Notes: generated by a model not told the origin, from the sequence alone. Positions 49,501 to 57,970 are shown, counted from the first letter of the stretch. The stretch is DNA of 64,000 nucleotides from a bacterium (GCA_021463645.1 JAJTYI010000009.1:93343-157342); one strand, 5' to 3'. Numbers and translations: made by a program.

Positions 49501-50459
49501 TCCCCCACAACGGGATTAGAAATCCTAACCACTTCATTATCAGCATTAAAGCGAGCGGAAATTATATCGTAAGAATAATCTTCGTCTACAACAATATTCT
49601 GCGTAACATAATCTACTCCGTTTAATGCTTCGCCTGCAGAACCGGATACTGGATTACTTATATCTGAAGCATTGTCCATTGTTGAATACCAACCAATTGC
49701 CCCAAATCCAAATGCTTCAGTTTCTTCATTTACTTGATTGAAAAAGATGTTCTGACTAAAGAGAACACTTAAAGTAAGTAAAGTTGTCATAACTATACCT
49801 ATAGAGCCTGCAATAGCAGTAGGATAGTGTTTTCTCCTAAGTAAAGTTAAATTTCTCCTTTCTTGTTTTACATTTGAATCAATAACACGTTTATTAAATA
49901 CATAATTTATTAATAGTAAAAAGGAGAGTAATAGTTCTTTAAACCCAATAACAAACAAATTTATCAGTTTCGAGAGGAGTTCATTCTTCTCAAACCTTTG
50001 CTTTACGACATCAAGATCATTCGCTGATTTAATAATCCAAGTTGTTAGTTTTGGGTATTTATAATTAACTTTATTCTCAATTTTTAAAACATCTGATAAT
50101 TCTTTGACTAAGCTCTTAACAAAGTTCTTGGAGGACTTATTTAACACTGAAAAATTATCGGGTACCCTAATTTTTTGCGATTTTTCAACTAGTACAAAAA
50201 CTTTAACTTTACTTGTATGGAATTTCTTATTAGTCAAAAGGAAGTATAGTAGTTCATTCCCGCTATATTTGGGAAGGGTAGTGTCTACTATAATGATTTC
50301 TGGATGTGTGACATAAACAAAACCTAATCCTTCAATACCATTCTGAGAAGTGTATAAATCGAATTTAACGTTATTATTTTTTGCAAGATTGTCTAAAACA
50401 ATTTTTAGTGTCTCTCGAATTGCGAAGTTATTGTCTATTAATACTATATTCTTTTCCAT
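43500..50459 (-). CDS. Giant (2319 aa) receiver-like domain / 2xTM / 5x LamG-like repeats / CSLREA right-handed beta-helix surface protein; last gene of the pilus operon
   Basis: aa 4-~120 are CheY-like (IIIVDTTLPKYSGNELL). TM helices sit near aa 163-188 and 214-238. Five ~200-aa repeats each start xxWYST(M/F/I/L) and end G(R/S/A)IDDF(T/R)I(Y/F), separated by PT linkers. The CSLREA-type motif GKCTLRAAIQEAN is at nt 46032-46055. There are many NxIGxN/G beta-helix turns, and GPNNLQNFPVL. The start abuts the stop of the upstream pilin gene. Confidence 0.85.
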   Translation of the reverse strand: MEKNIVLIDNNFAIRETLKIVLDNLAKNNNVKFDLYTSQNGIEGLGFVYVTHPEIIIVDTTLPKYSGNELLYFLLTNKKFHTSKVKVFVLVEKSQKIRVPDNFSVLNKSSKNFVKSLVKELSDVLKIENKVNYKYPKLTTWIIKSANDLDVVKQRFEKNELLSKLINLFVIGFKELLLSFLLLINYVFNKRVIDSNVKQERRNLTLLRRKHYPTAIAGSIGIVMTTLLTLSVLFSQNIFFNQVNEETEAFGFGAIGWYSTMDNASDISNPVSGSAGEALNGVDYVTQNIVVDEDYSYDIISARFNADNEVVRISNPVVGEDVKLDKGTIEFMYSPLEAHTTNKEMTFFSIFGDANNKIEFKKLNDANDSLSLLYKCAYCGDAEVLISGADYAFAADDWVNFTIHWNAYAPINEQLLILVDEVELPMTRNSSSINPSSILNPTFIYIGNSSPTGTNEANGRIDDFTIYHDVAQPQATPVGTPAPTPVFRQNSGQASWYSTFDSMEAVTTPAIGDVPGVFSGASFIDGPAEYESALYFDGAGKSLYIEGTQGIHYSLNEGAVEFYYRPIYEANHNAEINLFSIRQNDNEEIRLYKRDNANGNALAFSYHCQTSCGGEETIALANYDSYWNDGEWMFFRITWNDNPSLSLAEQLKIYINGVQPTHTNQEFKILGDNITSEPNPLRVYVGNRTENGDYSALGSIDEYRMFTTTVIPTPTITPTPSPTLTPTITPTPSVAPTATPTPIWYSTIDSVSAIQNPVRGTAGTISGSYVFLAGSPYSPGGASNKAVKFNWKSTGSRIISNVSDAEVNETSGRVSFHFNPEFASTDNENGNYFQLYSNSTNRITFKKKGLNLELHYYATAHGATNYNLMTIPSTAFSWSGGEWIFFDIYYNTALDQDNELRLFMSTNNGPLIEPEHTHLNTVATPITDVSTLYIAGDPTYLNSFARGRIDDFRIYGYSVNMPTPTVLALSPTPTPVPAMSILWYSTLSNPTAAWQPVIGTTPTSVYNVTFATDGLPEARSAAVFNASQSNILIDIQGQDYDKFQGRAEFWYKPAVAYTRNNDMTLFKLRTRSTDNISLVKKNNANNNILEFSYDASCIGTGGQCNSSGTGVIDNRRTRISATNYSSYWTIDKWMKFSAEWDYYAPTEAEKLKLFITYHNGTSWETVEPTKTTVQVMNPYNFENAIMLTIGSSDYYPNAAAIARGNISEFQIWGIGAGLTPTPSPTPVSRTSADPIWYSTMNDVAALTTPVVGKGVTAQNLTFVSGVTGDSVKIDASSEYAAVGAIPYSTPPVSFKKDMGAIEFYYKPDVSSSVAQNVTLFNVRVDDSNQFRLYKQSGSSPLWLEYTHATSTKSIQIPYANWSSYWKLGNWTKIRAEWDRTKSTPDDLKLFLDNERPTPTKTGTVFSDMVGNPTLYIGNLHNTGTEPAMGAIDDFTIFGDPDARRYVVNSTLDESDADIGDLDCYTASGKCTLRAAIQEANSTTNADKIIFNIPGTGPHTISLSSALPTITNSLQIDGTTQTGSDCTTKDLRVVLAGANLSSPGLSFSSTTGGIVKGLVIHGFSRGINYTSSTGGTVQCNIIGLAQDGVTIVGNSESGITLESTSTGNTIGGSAAGQGNIISGNYIGLQIKSSNTNVVQGNYIGTNKAGEYSRGNTTAGIEIDNSTSIEIGDADLNSLPASCTGVCNVISGNGASGINYIAGTSGSNDNVIEANYIGVDKTGANQVTNYDGIKVTKVSNLNISYNQIVAVNSGIYSLSTTTGAISGITVDNNYIGINRAGNAKLMDSTYGVVLFSSNGSTFSTATVTNNIIIGAVRGAGIYGYGSPISGISIKSNYIGTNSSDANLGNKYGIQFISPVATNNVIGGTNPADGNIIARNSSYGVYLSGTKNSLIRENTIRNNASDGISIVGNNSSENNTIIENSIYDNTGMGINLRTSTGDKVSFNDKGDTDSTLAGDGPNNLQNFPVLTKATYVGTTLSVYGGFQSESGKYYRLDFYSSASSDDTGFGEGANHIHTEISRAGSPTYNFSITPKVITGLTLPPGHKYISATATECGQLACTTLLSTSEFGLTGFDGVVSGKGLDLDTTTSILPRFYVAADGTEHIPDIYSFDILIDNSLDLVTGINSVNMSPLGIVGLDNNNFATAGYSATNQYHVYNIIDGLQCSYSIGTNIKATDIKIAKNGVGSEYVYITSDSTNEELTLMQGEALPSGYAKYGEYLSEVKDMGTPVKYYHSIVWDEAKNGGEIKIQIRSGSSSNLSNEEWYGPDGTRGTFFTLSGTNEGYVLPKVIQGKQFIQYRLLIESDQLQSPALNSITIRYGD
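46146..49697 (-). repeat. Five tandem LamG/ConA-like lectin domain repeats within the giant ORF
   Basis: Repeat starts at aa 257, 496, 744, 983 and 1236 (WYST motif), with conserved FYY(K/R)P, LF..R and IDDFxIY blocks. Confidence 0.8.
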
Positions 50460-53204
50460 TTACAAGAATGCTTCTAATAATAAATTATTCACCCTTGGTG
50501 TCGGAGTTATACCGTTTGTAACGTCCATCACACCGAAGTTACCATCTTCTCCTAGTCCCAATAGATAAAGCTGATTTGAATTTAGTTTCATATCAACTAT
50601 ATTTCTCAATTTCAGTCCACCAATTGTTGATAAGTTCTTAGCACTAACGTAAGTATTTGTAGTAGGATTGAATTGGATTACATAACTGTCTTGAATAGCA
50701 AAACCTCGAGTATCGTTTGCTATGACTACTCCCTGAGTATCATCATTTGAAGCCAAGCCGAAATTGATAATGTTATGTGTGTTTGTATCCAGATTGAAAA
50801 CAACTATATCTTTTGTTGGATTAGAGGTTGACATATACAGTCGATTATTATATTTGTAAATATCGTTCACTCTATATTTCGCATTACCTGCAATTAATGC
50901 TGGATCAGAGGCTTCACCGCCTGCTAAGGTGCTACCTCTCCATCCGTGTTTCCCCTGATAACTAAAATCATAAACTGTTTGATCGACAGAATTCACAACA
51001 TTCATCCTCCAATAACCAATTAAGCCAGCATCGTTTCGATTTATTTCTGTTTGATATGATTTAACTATCTCATTTTGAGATAACGCACGATTGTATATAC
51101 GAACATCATCCATGTCTATCACCGCACCGTTAGTTAATGCTGTGTTATTTCCAAAACGTAGTTGCTGAGTTGTTCCTGTAACTGGTGAGAGACTAGTATA
51201 AGTATCAGTTAAGGGGCTGGCTCCATTAATATACATAGTTCCAGTACCGCCTGATATGACAACCGCAATATGTCTCCAGTTAGAATCAGAAATTGTATTA
51301 TTGTCTTCAATAATTAGATTTTCCGAGCCGAAATGAGTAAATCTCAGTTTATTGGGTATTGTAAATGATAAAAACCAACCAGTAGTTGAACCGTTAGAAA
51401 AATCTAAAATTCTATCAAAAGAATCTTGAGATGTATCATTTGACCTGAACCAAGTCATTATAGTCATATCATTTTGTACATTCCATTTAGAACTATAGTC
51501 AACCGCAACCACATCCCCACCGTCAAATCTAAGCCCACCCGAGCTCGTATTGTTATCCCAACCGACTGTGTCGATTATTGATTCTGTCATGGAAGGAGGA
51601 AAAGCACCATTCGCGAATCTTTCTAAATAGAGGGCTCTTGAATGTTCACCCTCTGTAGTGTTGTGTTGAGCAACATAGATATTGTCAGAGGAAGGCCTGT
51701 ATAGACAATCTTCATGATTAATTACACTTTGCTGACCTGTTAAAATTGCGGATTTATTTGAAAGATAAGTGCTTAGTAATGTTATAGATGTTGGTGATAG
51801 AAGTCTATTATTTGACAAGTTAAGACCTGGAGTAGGAAGCCCATTGATATTACTTAAATTAGCTATATTTGTAGGAATATGACATGTAAGCGTATTATTA
51901 TTCAAATACAATATATTCAAAGCAGTTAATCGTCCTATAGATGGTGGAATTTGGCCATCTAACTGATTAGACGATAAATTTAAAGTTGTTAAAGCTGTGT
52001 TGTTTCCAATGGTCTTTGGAATTACTCCATCCAGTTGATTACTACTCAGATTCAATGTGGTTAAACTAGTCAACCGTCCAATTTGTGGTGGAATTGGCCC
52101 TGTAATAGAATTCCCAGACAGATTCAATGTTGTTAGGCTTGTTAGGTTTCCCAATTCTGTTGGCAATGTTCCAGTGAGATTGTTACCTATTAAACTTATA
52201 GATGTTATGTTTGTTCCTGAACACCCAACACCGTTCCAACCGGAACACGGATTGGCATTTGCTTTCCAACCAGTATTGTTTGTCCAAGAAGTTCCGTTTG
52301 TACTATCGAAAAGTCTTAACAGACTTTCACATTGTGTAATAGTAGTTCCCGTACCAGTACATATCGAAGGGTTGCTGTTGTTTATTACAGGCATTACTGG
52401 TGAAGCAGGGGCGGGCGCGTTTGTCGGTATAGGACCAGTCAGTGAAGGTTCATACATTTCATAATCAATAGCACCACTTGGAGCGCTATTTGTAGCAATA
52501 GCTTGTGTGCTTCCAGAACCTACTGGAAATAAATCGTAGGATTTTGTAGTTATATTATCTGTTATTACACACCAGTCAGAGTTCGCCATACTAGAGGAAG
52601 AAGTAATCTGTACACTATCATTTTCTACTTTTGTATTTGTGAGTACTGGAGGAGGATTAGAGAAAGTGTAATCATCATATTCTGTCCAACTAGTACTTGA
52701 CCAATTCGTCAAAAAATAGTTTTCTGTGAGTTGTTGGGTATTATTGAAAATATCTGTCCAAGATGCAACAACGATAACTTTGATTGTATCAGGGTCGTTT
52801 CCATCACTTGCGGGAACAAGCTCACCTGAATCTCGATCTGCTTTTTTGAAGTATACTTGATATGTCACTCCATTATTTACTTTTGTACCAAAATTTATTT
52901 GAATTTTATTATTGATGACATCAACAACTCTCGAATCTGAACCATCAGGATCTTGATCGAAGTATCTTATCATTTCTGACCATGAGGAACTTTTAATTGA
53001 ATATAAGCTATTTATGGTGTCTTTGATTACCAAGCCTGCTTCAAGTCTTGTTCTGTCGTTTTGTCTAGAACGAAATGCATCTATTGCCAAACCAAAATTT
53101 GCAGTTACTACAATACCGAAGATAGCCAAAGCAAGTAGTAATTCAACTAGGGAGAAACCTTTATATATTTTTTTGTTTATTTTAATTTTTAATTGATTAC
53201 CCAT
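50460..53204 (-). CDS. Large minor pilin: prepilin N-terminus + LRRNT/plant-type LRR domain + LamG domain + C-terminal beta-rich region
   Basis: Class III signal KKIYKG|FSLVELLLALAIFGIVV. LRR N-cap CESLLRLFDSTNGTSWTNNTGW...NPCSGWNGVGC followed by ~5 24-residue LxxLxLSxNxLxGxIPxxIGxLxx repeats (nt ~51795-52337). LamG with LRFDGGD...DDVRIYNRALSQNEI (nt ~51054-51572). Confidence 0.85.
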   Translation of the reverse strand: MGNQLKIKINKKIYKGFSLVELLLALAIFGIVVTANFGLAIDAFRSRQNDRTRLEAGLVIKDTINSLYSIKSSSWSEMIRYFDQDPDGSDSRVVDVINNKIQINFGTKVNNGVTYQVYFKKADRDSGELVPASDGNDPDTIKVIVVASWTDIFNNTQQLTENYFLTNWSSTSWTEYDDYTFSNPPPVLTNTKVENDSVQITSSSSMANSDWCVITDNITTKSYDLFPVGSGSTQAIATNSAPSGAIDYEMYEPSLTGPIPTNAPAPASPVMPVINNSNPSICTGTGTTITQCESLLRLFDSTNGTSWTNNTGWKANANPCSGWNGVGCSGTNITSISLIGNNLTGTLPTELGNLTSLTTLNLSGNSITGPIPPQIGRLTSLTTLNLSSNQLDGVIPKTIGNNTALTTLNLSSNQLDGQIPPSIGRLTALNILYLNNNTLTCHIPTNIANLSNINGLPTPGLNLSNNRLLSPTSITLLSTYLSNKSAILTGQQSVINHEDCLYRPSSDNIYVAQHNTTEGEHSRALYLERFANGAFPPSMTESIIDTVGWDNNTSSGGLRFDGGDVVAVDYSSKWNVQNDMTIMTWFRSNDTSQDSFDRILDFSNGSTTGWFLSFTIPNKLRFTHFGSENLIIEDNNTISDSNWRHIAVVISGGTGTMYINGASPLTDTYTSLSPVTGTTQQLRFGNNTALTNGAVIDMDDVRIYNRALSQNEIVKSYQTEINRNDAGLIGYWRMNVVNSVDQTVYDFSYQGKHGWRGSTLAGGEASDPALIAGNAKYRVNDIYKYNNRLYMSTSNPTKDIVVFNLDTNTHNIINFGLASNDDTQGVVIANDTRGFAIQDSYVIQFNPTTNTYVSAKNLSTIGGLKLRNIVDMKLNSNQLYLLGLGEDGNFGVMDVTNGITPTPRVNNLLLEAFL

Positions 53205-53581
53205 TCAGTTGCTGTAATATCTGCTATTGTCTTTTGAGTATTATAACTAGATGACCGATATTGACTTTCAACGTTTATAACCCGATTATTACCGCTAGTT
53301 TTTGCAACTGTTGCAGAACATTCACGTTCTGCGTCTATCACAACGGAGAAACTTTCTGTCGTAGTATTTGCATAGGCTGGGTTATTTCTACTAATTTTAT
53401 AGTATGCTTCTTCCAAACATGTAAAAGCGGTATTCTGAGCATAGATTTGATTTGTATAGCTTGTCGTGGAATTTGCAAAGTCCAACGCTTGGAAAATTAA
53501 AACAATTGCAGTGAAGACAAATAATGCCGAAAATACCAAAACAGTGGTTAATGCAACGTTCCCTCTAAGGTTTTCCATCAA
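53189..53581 (-). CDS. PilX-N-like pilus assembly/minor pilin protein
   Basis: N-terminus LRGNVALTTVLVFSALFVFTAIVL resembles the PilX N-terminal domain (RGxxLxxxLxxL). 4-nt overlap with the upstream pilin gene. Confidence 0.5.
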   Translation of the reverse strand: MMENLRGNVALTTVLVFSALFVFTAIVLIFQALDFANSTTSYTNQIYAQNTAFTCLEEAYYKISRNNPAYANTTTESFSVVIDAERECSATVAKTSGNNRVINVESQYRSSSYNTQKTIADITATEWVIN

Positions 53582-54081
53582 TCAAAAATATATGAATTTG
53601 TGAATTCGTTACTAATGGAGTTATCAGCTCTAGATCTGATTCCCACAGTAATCTCCACACCTATATTAGTATCGCTATTATCTAGAATTTCTTCAAGTAA
53701 AAATTTGGTAACTTCAACATCGTTCCTTGTGATTTGTTTGGTTATAGCACCATCGAAAAACTGTAGCCTTGCGTCACTTGTGGCAAAATCAGATACAGTA
53801 TAGTTAATATTAGTAGGACCTGTTAAATACAAGGCTCCATTATTATTATTAAAAATAGTTGATCCCCCAATAGACGTTGTTCTTTCAAAACTATCTTCAA
53901 AATGTTGTGATAATAAAATTATCGCTCGATCAATTTTTAATGCTTCTCCTGAAAGTTGGTTATTATCTTCAACAAAAAAGAAAAAATTAATCATAACAAC
54001 AAAAAACATCCCAAATATTGCAAGATACACGAGAACCTCAATTAACGTCATTCCTTTTAGTTTCTTTCTGTCGAAAATCAT
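53578..54081 (-). CDS. Minor (pseudo)pilin with prepilin-type N-terminal cleavage/methylation motif
   Basis: KKLKG|MTLIEVLVYLAIFGMFF. Confidence 0.8.
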   Translation of the reverse strand: MIFDRKKLKGMTLIEVLVYLAIFGMFFVVMINFFFFVEDNNQLSGEALKIDRAIILLSQHFEDSFERTTSIGGSTIFNNNNGALYLTGPTNINYTVSDFATSDARLQFFDGAITKQITRNDVEVTKFLLEEILDNSDTNIGVEITVGIRSRADNSISNEFTNSYIFD

Positions 54082-55226
54082 TAGTTTATATAATAATTAA
54101 TTAAACCTTCTGAGTTTATTTCTACAAAAACTACGGAACTTCCATTAACAATATTAAAAGAAGTCGTAGAATTTGGTTTGAAACTACCTTCATCAAAATT
54201 AATAATTTTTTTTGCTGGCGAAATCACATTGGATTTGACACCATTAGAAAAAGGAAAATCAGTTTTTGTAAATTTTCGTTGATTATAATTATACAAGTTG
54301 GTGACATCTGTTGATGTTAAGTTTAGGTTATAGATTCTAAGCTCATCGATATCACCAGACCAATTTCTGATATTACTTTGTGCACCACCAAAATTCAAGG
54401 AACCTATTCGAACGGGGAAAGTAGAGGTACCAGTTAAACCCCCTTTTGATGCTGAACCTACTTGGGCTCCATTTAAATAAAGATACATCATTGAACCATC
54501 CCAAGTCGCAACTGCATGGTACCATGTATTAATGGCTAATACCCCCGATGTTACACCTACATAACTTGCTCCTCCTAAATAGTATTCCAATCGGTCTGTA
54601 CTTGTGTTTAATCTCAAGATAAAAGTTGTCCCAGACGAATTTGCGGACTCTTTGGCCACTATGTACCTTAAGCTGTCCTCACCCCCAACAAGAGTGTTTG
54701 TGCGGAACCATACAGATACAGCCAAACTGTTCTCATTATTTAAATTACTAAGAGGTACAGTATCAACCTCAACACCATTGTTGTCTTGGAAAGCAATATA
54801 ATCTCCAATCCCATCAAATTTTGCACTATTACCGAATCCTTCACTAGAAAGTGTGGTGTCTAATTTAGGAGTACCATGGTTACCATTTCCTGAAGCATCA
54901 TATATTTCGTCGTTTACTCCATTCCATAAGTTCTCGTTAAACTTCCAATAACCTACTAATCCATCTGTAGCAAGATCCTCGTCAACCGAAGTAATGAGGG
55001 AGTAACCTGTTTCTCTCACCTCTACACTATAAGCCTTCCCATTCTTAAACGAATTTGCGTTCTGTTGGGCATTGAATATCGCACTACTAACTTCTGCGGC
55101 TGCATCATACGCCCTGTTGTCCGTGATTTGCCTAATACTATATGGAACGGCTAGAACAGATACAAAGCCTGTGATAGCTATCACTATCAGCATCTCAAGT
55201 AATGTAAAGCCTTTCATTGAAAGCAT
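54081..55226 (-). CDS. Minor pilin with C-terminal LamG (ConA-like lectin) domain
   Basis: MLSMKG|FTLLEMLIVIAITGFV prepilin motif. LamG_3 hallmarks GLVGYWKFNE, DASGNGNHGT, AKFDGIGDY, IDELRIYNLNLTSTDV. Confidence 0.85.
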   Translation of the reverse strand: MLSMKGFTLLEMLIVIAITGFVSVLAVPYSIRQITDNRAYDAAAEVSSAIFNAQQNANSFKNGKAYSVEVRETGYSLITSVDEDLATDGLVGYWKFNENLWNGVNDEIYDASGNGNHGTPKLDTTLSSEGFGNSAKFDGIGDYIAFQDNNGVEVDTVPLSNLNNENSLAVSVWFRTNTLVGGEDSLRYIVAKESANSSGTTFILRLNTSTDRLEYYLGGASYVGVTSGVLAINTWYHAVATWDGSMMYLYLNGAQVGSASKGGLTGTSTFPVRIGSLNFGGAQSNIRNWSGDIDELRIYNLNLTSTDVTNLYNYNQRKFTKTDFPFSNGVKSNVISPAKKIINFDEGSFKPNSTTSFNIVNGSSVVFVEINSEGLINYYIN

Positions 55227-56311
55227 TAAAGTTGGTTAATATTTCCTGTTAATTGATAAATTGGACCCACGATTGAAATTGCTAGAACTGCAACCATTAA
55301 TCCAATAAAAATCAATAATAAAGGTTCGATGATTGTACTCATATTATTTGTCATTTCTTCAACCTCTTCTGCATAGAAATCATACAAATATAGTAGGTTG
55401 TCTTCTAAAGTTGCTGTTTTTTCACCTACACTTATCATTTTTACATATAGTGGGGGGAACTGCTTCGGATATCTTCCCAAAACTTCAGCAACGTTCTTAC
55501 CTCTTTGCACTTCTTGTCTTAATGTTTCAAAGATTTGGGCATAAACTACATTACTTGTTGTTGTTGAAGTAATTTTCAATGCATCAGCCAAAGGGATACC
55601 ACTTTCTAGAAGAATTCCCAGGGTCCTGGAAAATGTAGCTAATATATTTTTCACTACTAACTCTTTAATTATTGGGATTTTCAACATCAACTTATCCTTG
55701 AAGTCTGTCCCTGTTTTTGTCTTGAAGAATCGATGACCAACATAAACTATCACAGCCAAAGCGATTGCCAAAAATATAATGTTTGTTCGTATAAAATTCG
55801 AAAAGTTCAATACGAACATTGTAAGGGCAGGGGGATCTTCAAACGCATTAAACAATCCTTCCATCTTAGGTAAGATGAAATAAATCACTCCTAACATTTC
55901 AAAAGATGTCAGGAGCAAGATGATGACTGGATAGACCATAGCACCTTTTACTTTTCTCAAGAGTTCGTAATTTTTCTTCAAGAAAACAGCTAAGAAATTT
56001 AGGTTTTTCTCGAGCGTTCCCCCTTGCTCTCCAACTTCAATAATCGAAATAATTACTTCAGAAAATATATTTGGATATTTCCTCATAGCTGAAGATGTAT
56101 TCTTACCGGTTCGAACATCTTTCAAGATTTCCCCATATGCTTCACGAAGTTTTGGATCTGGTGATTGCTGACTGATTACTTCGAGAGTATCTTCTAGTGA
56201 AAGTCCCGACTCTAACATTACCGCAAGATGCCTAATCGATAAAGCTAAATCGACCTGAGAAACTTTATGAAACAAATATATCGTCTTGTCGTTGGATAAT
56301 TTTATTTCCAT
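55226..56311 (-). CDS. pilC: Type IV pilus / type II secretion platform protein (PilC/GspF family)
   Basis: Two T2SSF repeats, three TM segments, C-terminal GPIYQL. Confidence 0.9.
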   Translation of the reverse strand: MEIKLSNDKTIYLFHKVSQVDLALSIRHLAVMLESGLSLEDTLEVISQQSPDPKLREAYGEILKDVRTGKNTSSAMRKYPNIFSEVIISIIEVGEQGGTLEKNLNFLAVFLKKNYELLRKVKGAMVYPVIILLLTSFEMLGVIYFILPKMEGLFNAFEDPPALTMFVLNFSNFIRTNIIFLAIALAVIVYVGHRFFKTKTGTDFKDKLMLKIPIIKELVVKNILATFSRTLGILLESGIPLADALKITSTTTSNVVYAQIFETLRQEVQRGKNVAEVLGRYPKQFPPLYVKMISVGEKTATLEDNLLYLYDFYAEEVEEMTNNMSTIIEPLLLIFIGLMVAVLAISIVGPIYQLTGNINQL

Positions 56312-56339
56312 TTAATTTTGATAATTTTAATTAACAAAT

Positions 56340-57848
56340 TTATTGCTTAAGTGCAGTGACTCTCATGATTTCTTCTAAACTCGTAACTCCTGTTTTGACT
56401 GCGTTTACTCCATCTTCAACAATTAACTTCATTCCATTTTCTCTCGCAACTTTGAACACGTCATCAATATTTTCTCTTTCAGAAATCATCCTTCGTATTT
56501 TCTCTGTCACCTCTAGAATTTCAAAGAGACCGAATCTTCCCTGGAAACCACTATCGCCACATGTTTCACAACCAGCCTCTTGATAAACAACATCTCCGAC
56601 TTTGAAATGCATTGCGATATCTTGCCTGATTTTGTTTATCCGTGTTAATTCTTCTTGATCGATGGTGTATTGTTTTTTACATTTTTCACACAATTTCCTA
56701 GCCAATCTCTGGGCAATAACAATATTTAGAGTTGAGGCAACAAGGAAAGGCTCAACATCCATATCAATCAACCTAGGAATTGTTGAAATTGAATCATTTG
56801 TATGCAAGGAGGACAAAACCAAGTGCCCCGTAAGAGCAGCATTGGTGGCTATATTTGCAGTTTCCGCGTCTCGAATCTCTCCAATCATTATAATATCTGG
56901 ATCTTGTCTCAAAATAGAACGAAGTCCCGAGGCAAAAGTCAGGTTAGCTTTATTATTTACTTGTATATGATTTACTCCATCAATACTATACTCCACAGGA
57001 TCCTCAACAGTTGTGATATTTACATCCCTTGAGTTTAATTTCTGCAAAATTGCATATAGACTGGTGGTTTTACCAGAACCAGTAGGACCGACTGCTAGAA
57101 TCATTCCGTAAGGACGCTTATAACTTTTCTCAACCACAAGTTGGTCAGCATCCGACATACCCAACGAACTAAAAGTGAAGGATTTACCTTCTTTGATTAA
57201 CAACCTCATTACTACTTTCTCCCCAGCGCTAGTAGGAAGAATGGAGATACGAGTATCGATTTTCTTATTTTCAATAATAAATCTGATTCTACCGTCCTGA
57301 GGCGCGAAATGCTCGTCAGTACGCATCTTCGCAGCGACTTTAATTCTGAACAATAAGGATTCTTGAATATCTTTGCCGACTTGTAATACATCTTTAAGCA
57401 AACCATCAATTCTAAATCTTACGACAACAACTTCTTCGTGTGGCTCAATATGAATATCAGATGTTTTAGCCTTTATGGCTTGCTTAACTATGTAATTGAT
57501 AAGTTCAACAATATTTAACTCGCTGCCATCTTTCGGTTTCTCGATAGTCTGTATCTTTTTCGCTGGTGGTTGGCTTTCAGGCCCAGGATCAGCATCTTTT
57601 TTTTGTTCAGATTGGTTTACATCTCCAGTCTGCGTTGATACTGCTGGATTTTGAGGTGCGACCGAACCCGGCGTTATCGGATTTGCAGGAGTCTGTGCAA
57701 CAGGATTCGTTGTTTGTGAAGGAGTAACAGAGTTATTTTGATTTTGAACTGTAGATGTGGGAGATGGAGTAGAGGACCCCATAGATGTGGGCACTTGGCC
57801 TGTAGTCGTGTTTACAGTCTGAGAATTTTGGGCAGTTGATCCGGACAT
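56340..57848 (-). CDS. pilB: Type IV pilus assembly ATPase (PilB/GspE family) with a ~100-aa low-complexity N-terminal extension
   Basis: Walker A GPTGSGKTT, Asp/His boxes, tetracysteine CEKCKK...CETCGDSG. The N-terminus is S/T/P/Q/N-rich. Confidence 0.92.
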   Translation of the reverse strand: MSGSTAQNSQTVNTTTGQVPTSMGSSTPSPTSTVQNQNNSVTPSQTTNPVAQTPANPITPGSVAPQNPAVSTQTGDVNQSEQKKDADPGPESQPPAKKIQTIEKPKDGSELNIVELINYIVKQAIKAKTSDIHIEPHEEVVVVRFRIDGLLKDVLQVGKDIQESLLFRIKVAAKMRTDEHFAPQDGRIRFIIENKKIDTRISILPTSAGEKVVMRLLIKEGKSFTFSSLGMSDADQLVVEKSYKRPYGMILAVGPTGSGKTTSLYAILQKLNSRDVNITTVEDPVEYSIDGVNHIQVNNKANLTFASGLRSILRQDPDIIMIGEIRDAETANIATNAALTGHLVLSSLHTNDSISTIPRLIDMDVEPFLVASTLNIVIAQRLARKLCEKCKKQYTIDQEELTRINKIRQDIAMHFKVGDVVYQEAGCETCGDSGFQGRFGLFEILEVTEKIRRMISERENIDDVFKVARENGMKLIVEDGVNAVKTGVTSLEEIMRVTALKQ

Positions 57849-57970
57849 TAAAAATAACTAATACTAACAAATATTAAACCAAAGTTTGGAGATGGTATCA
57901 AGTGAATACTTTAATCTTACGGAAAATTTATATTTCCCCTATACACCAAACCTTAGTTTCTTATACAAAA

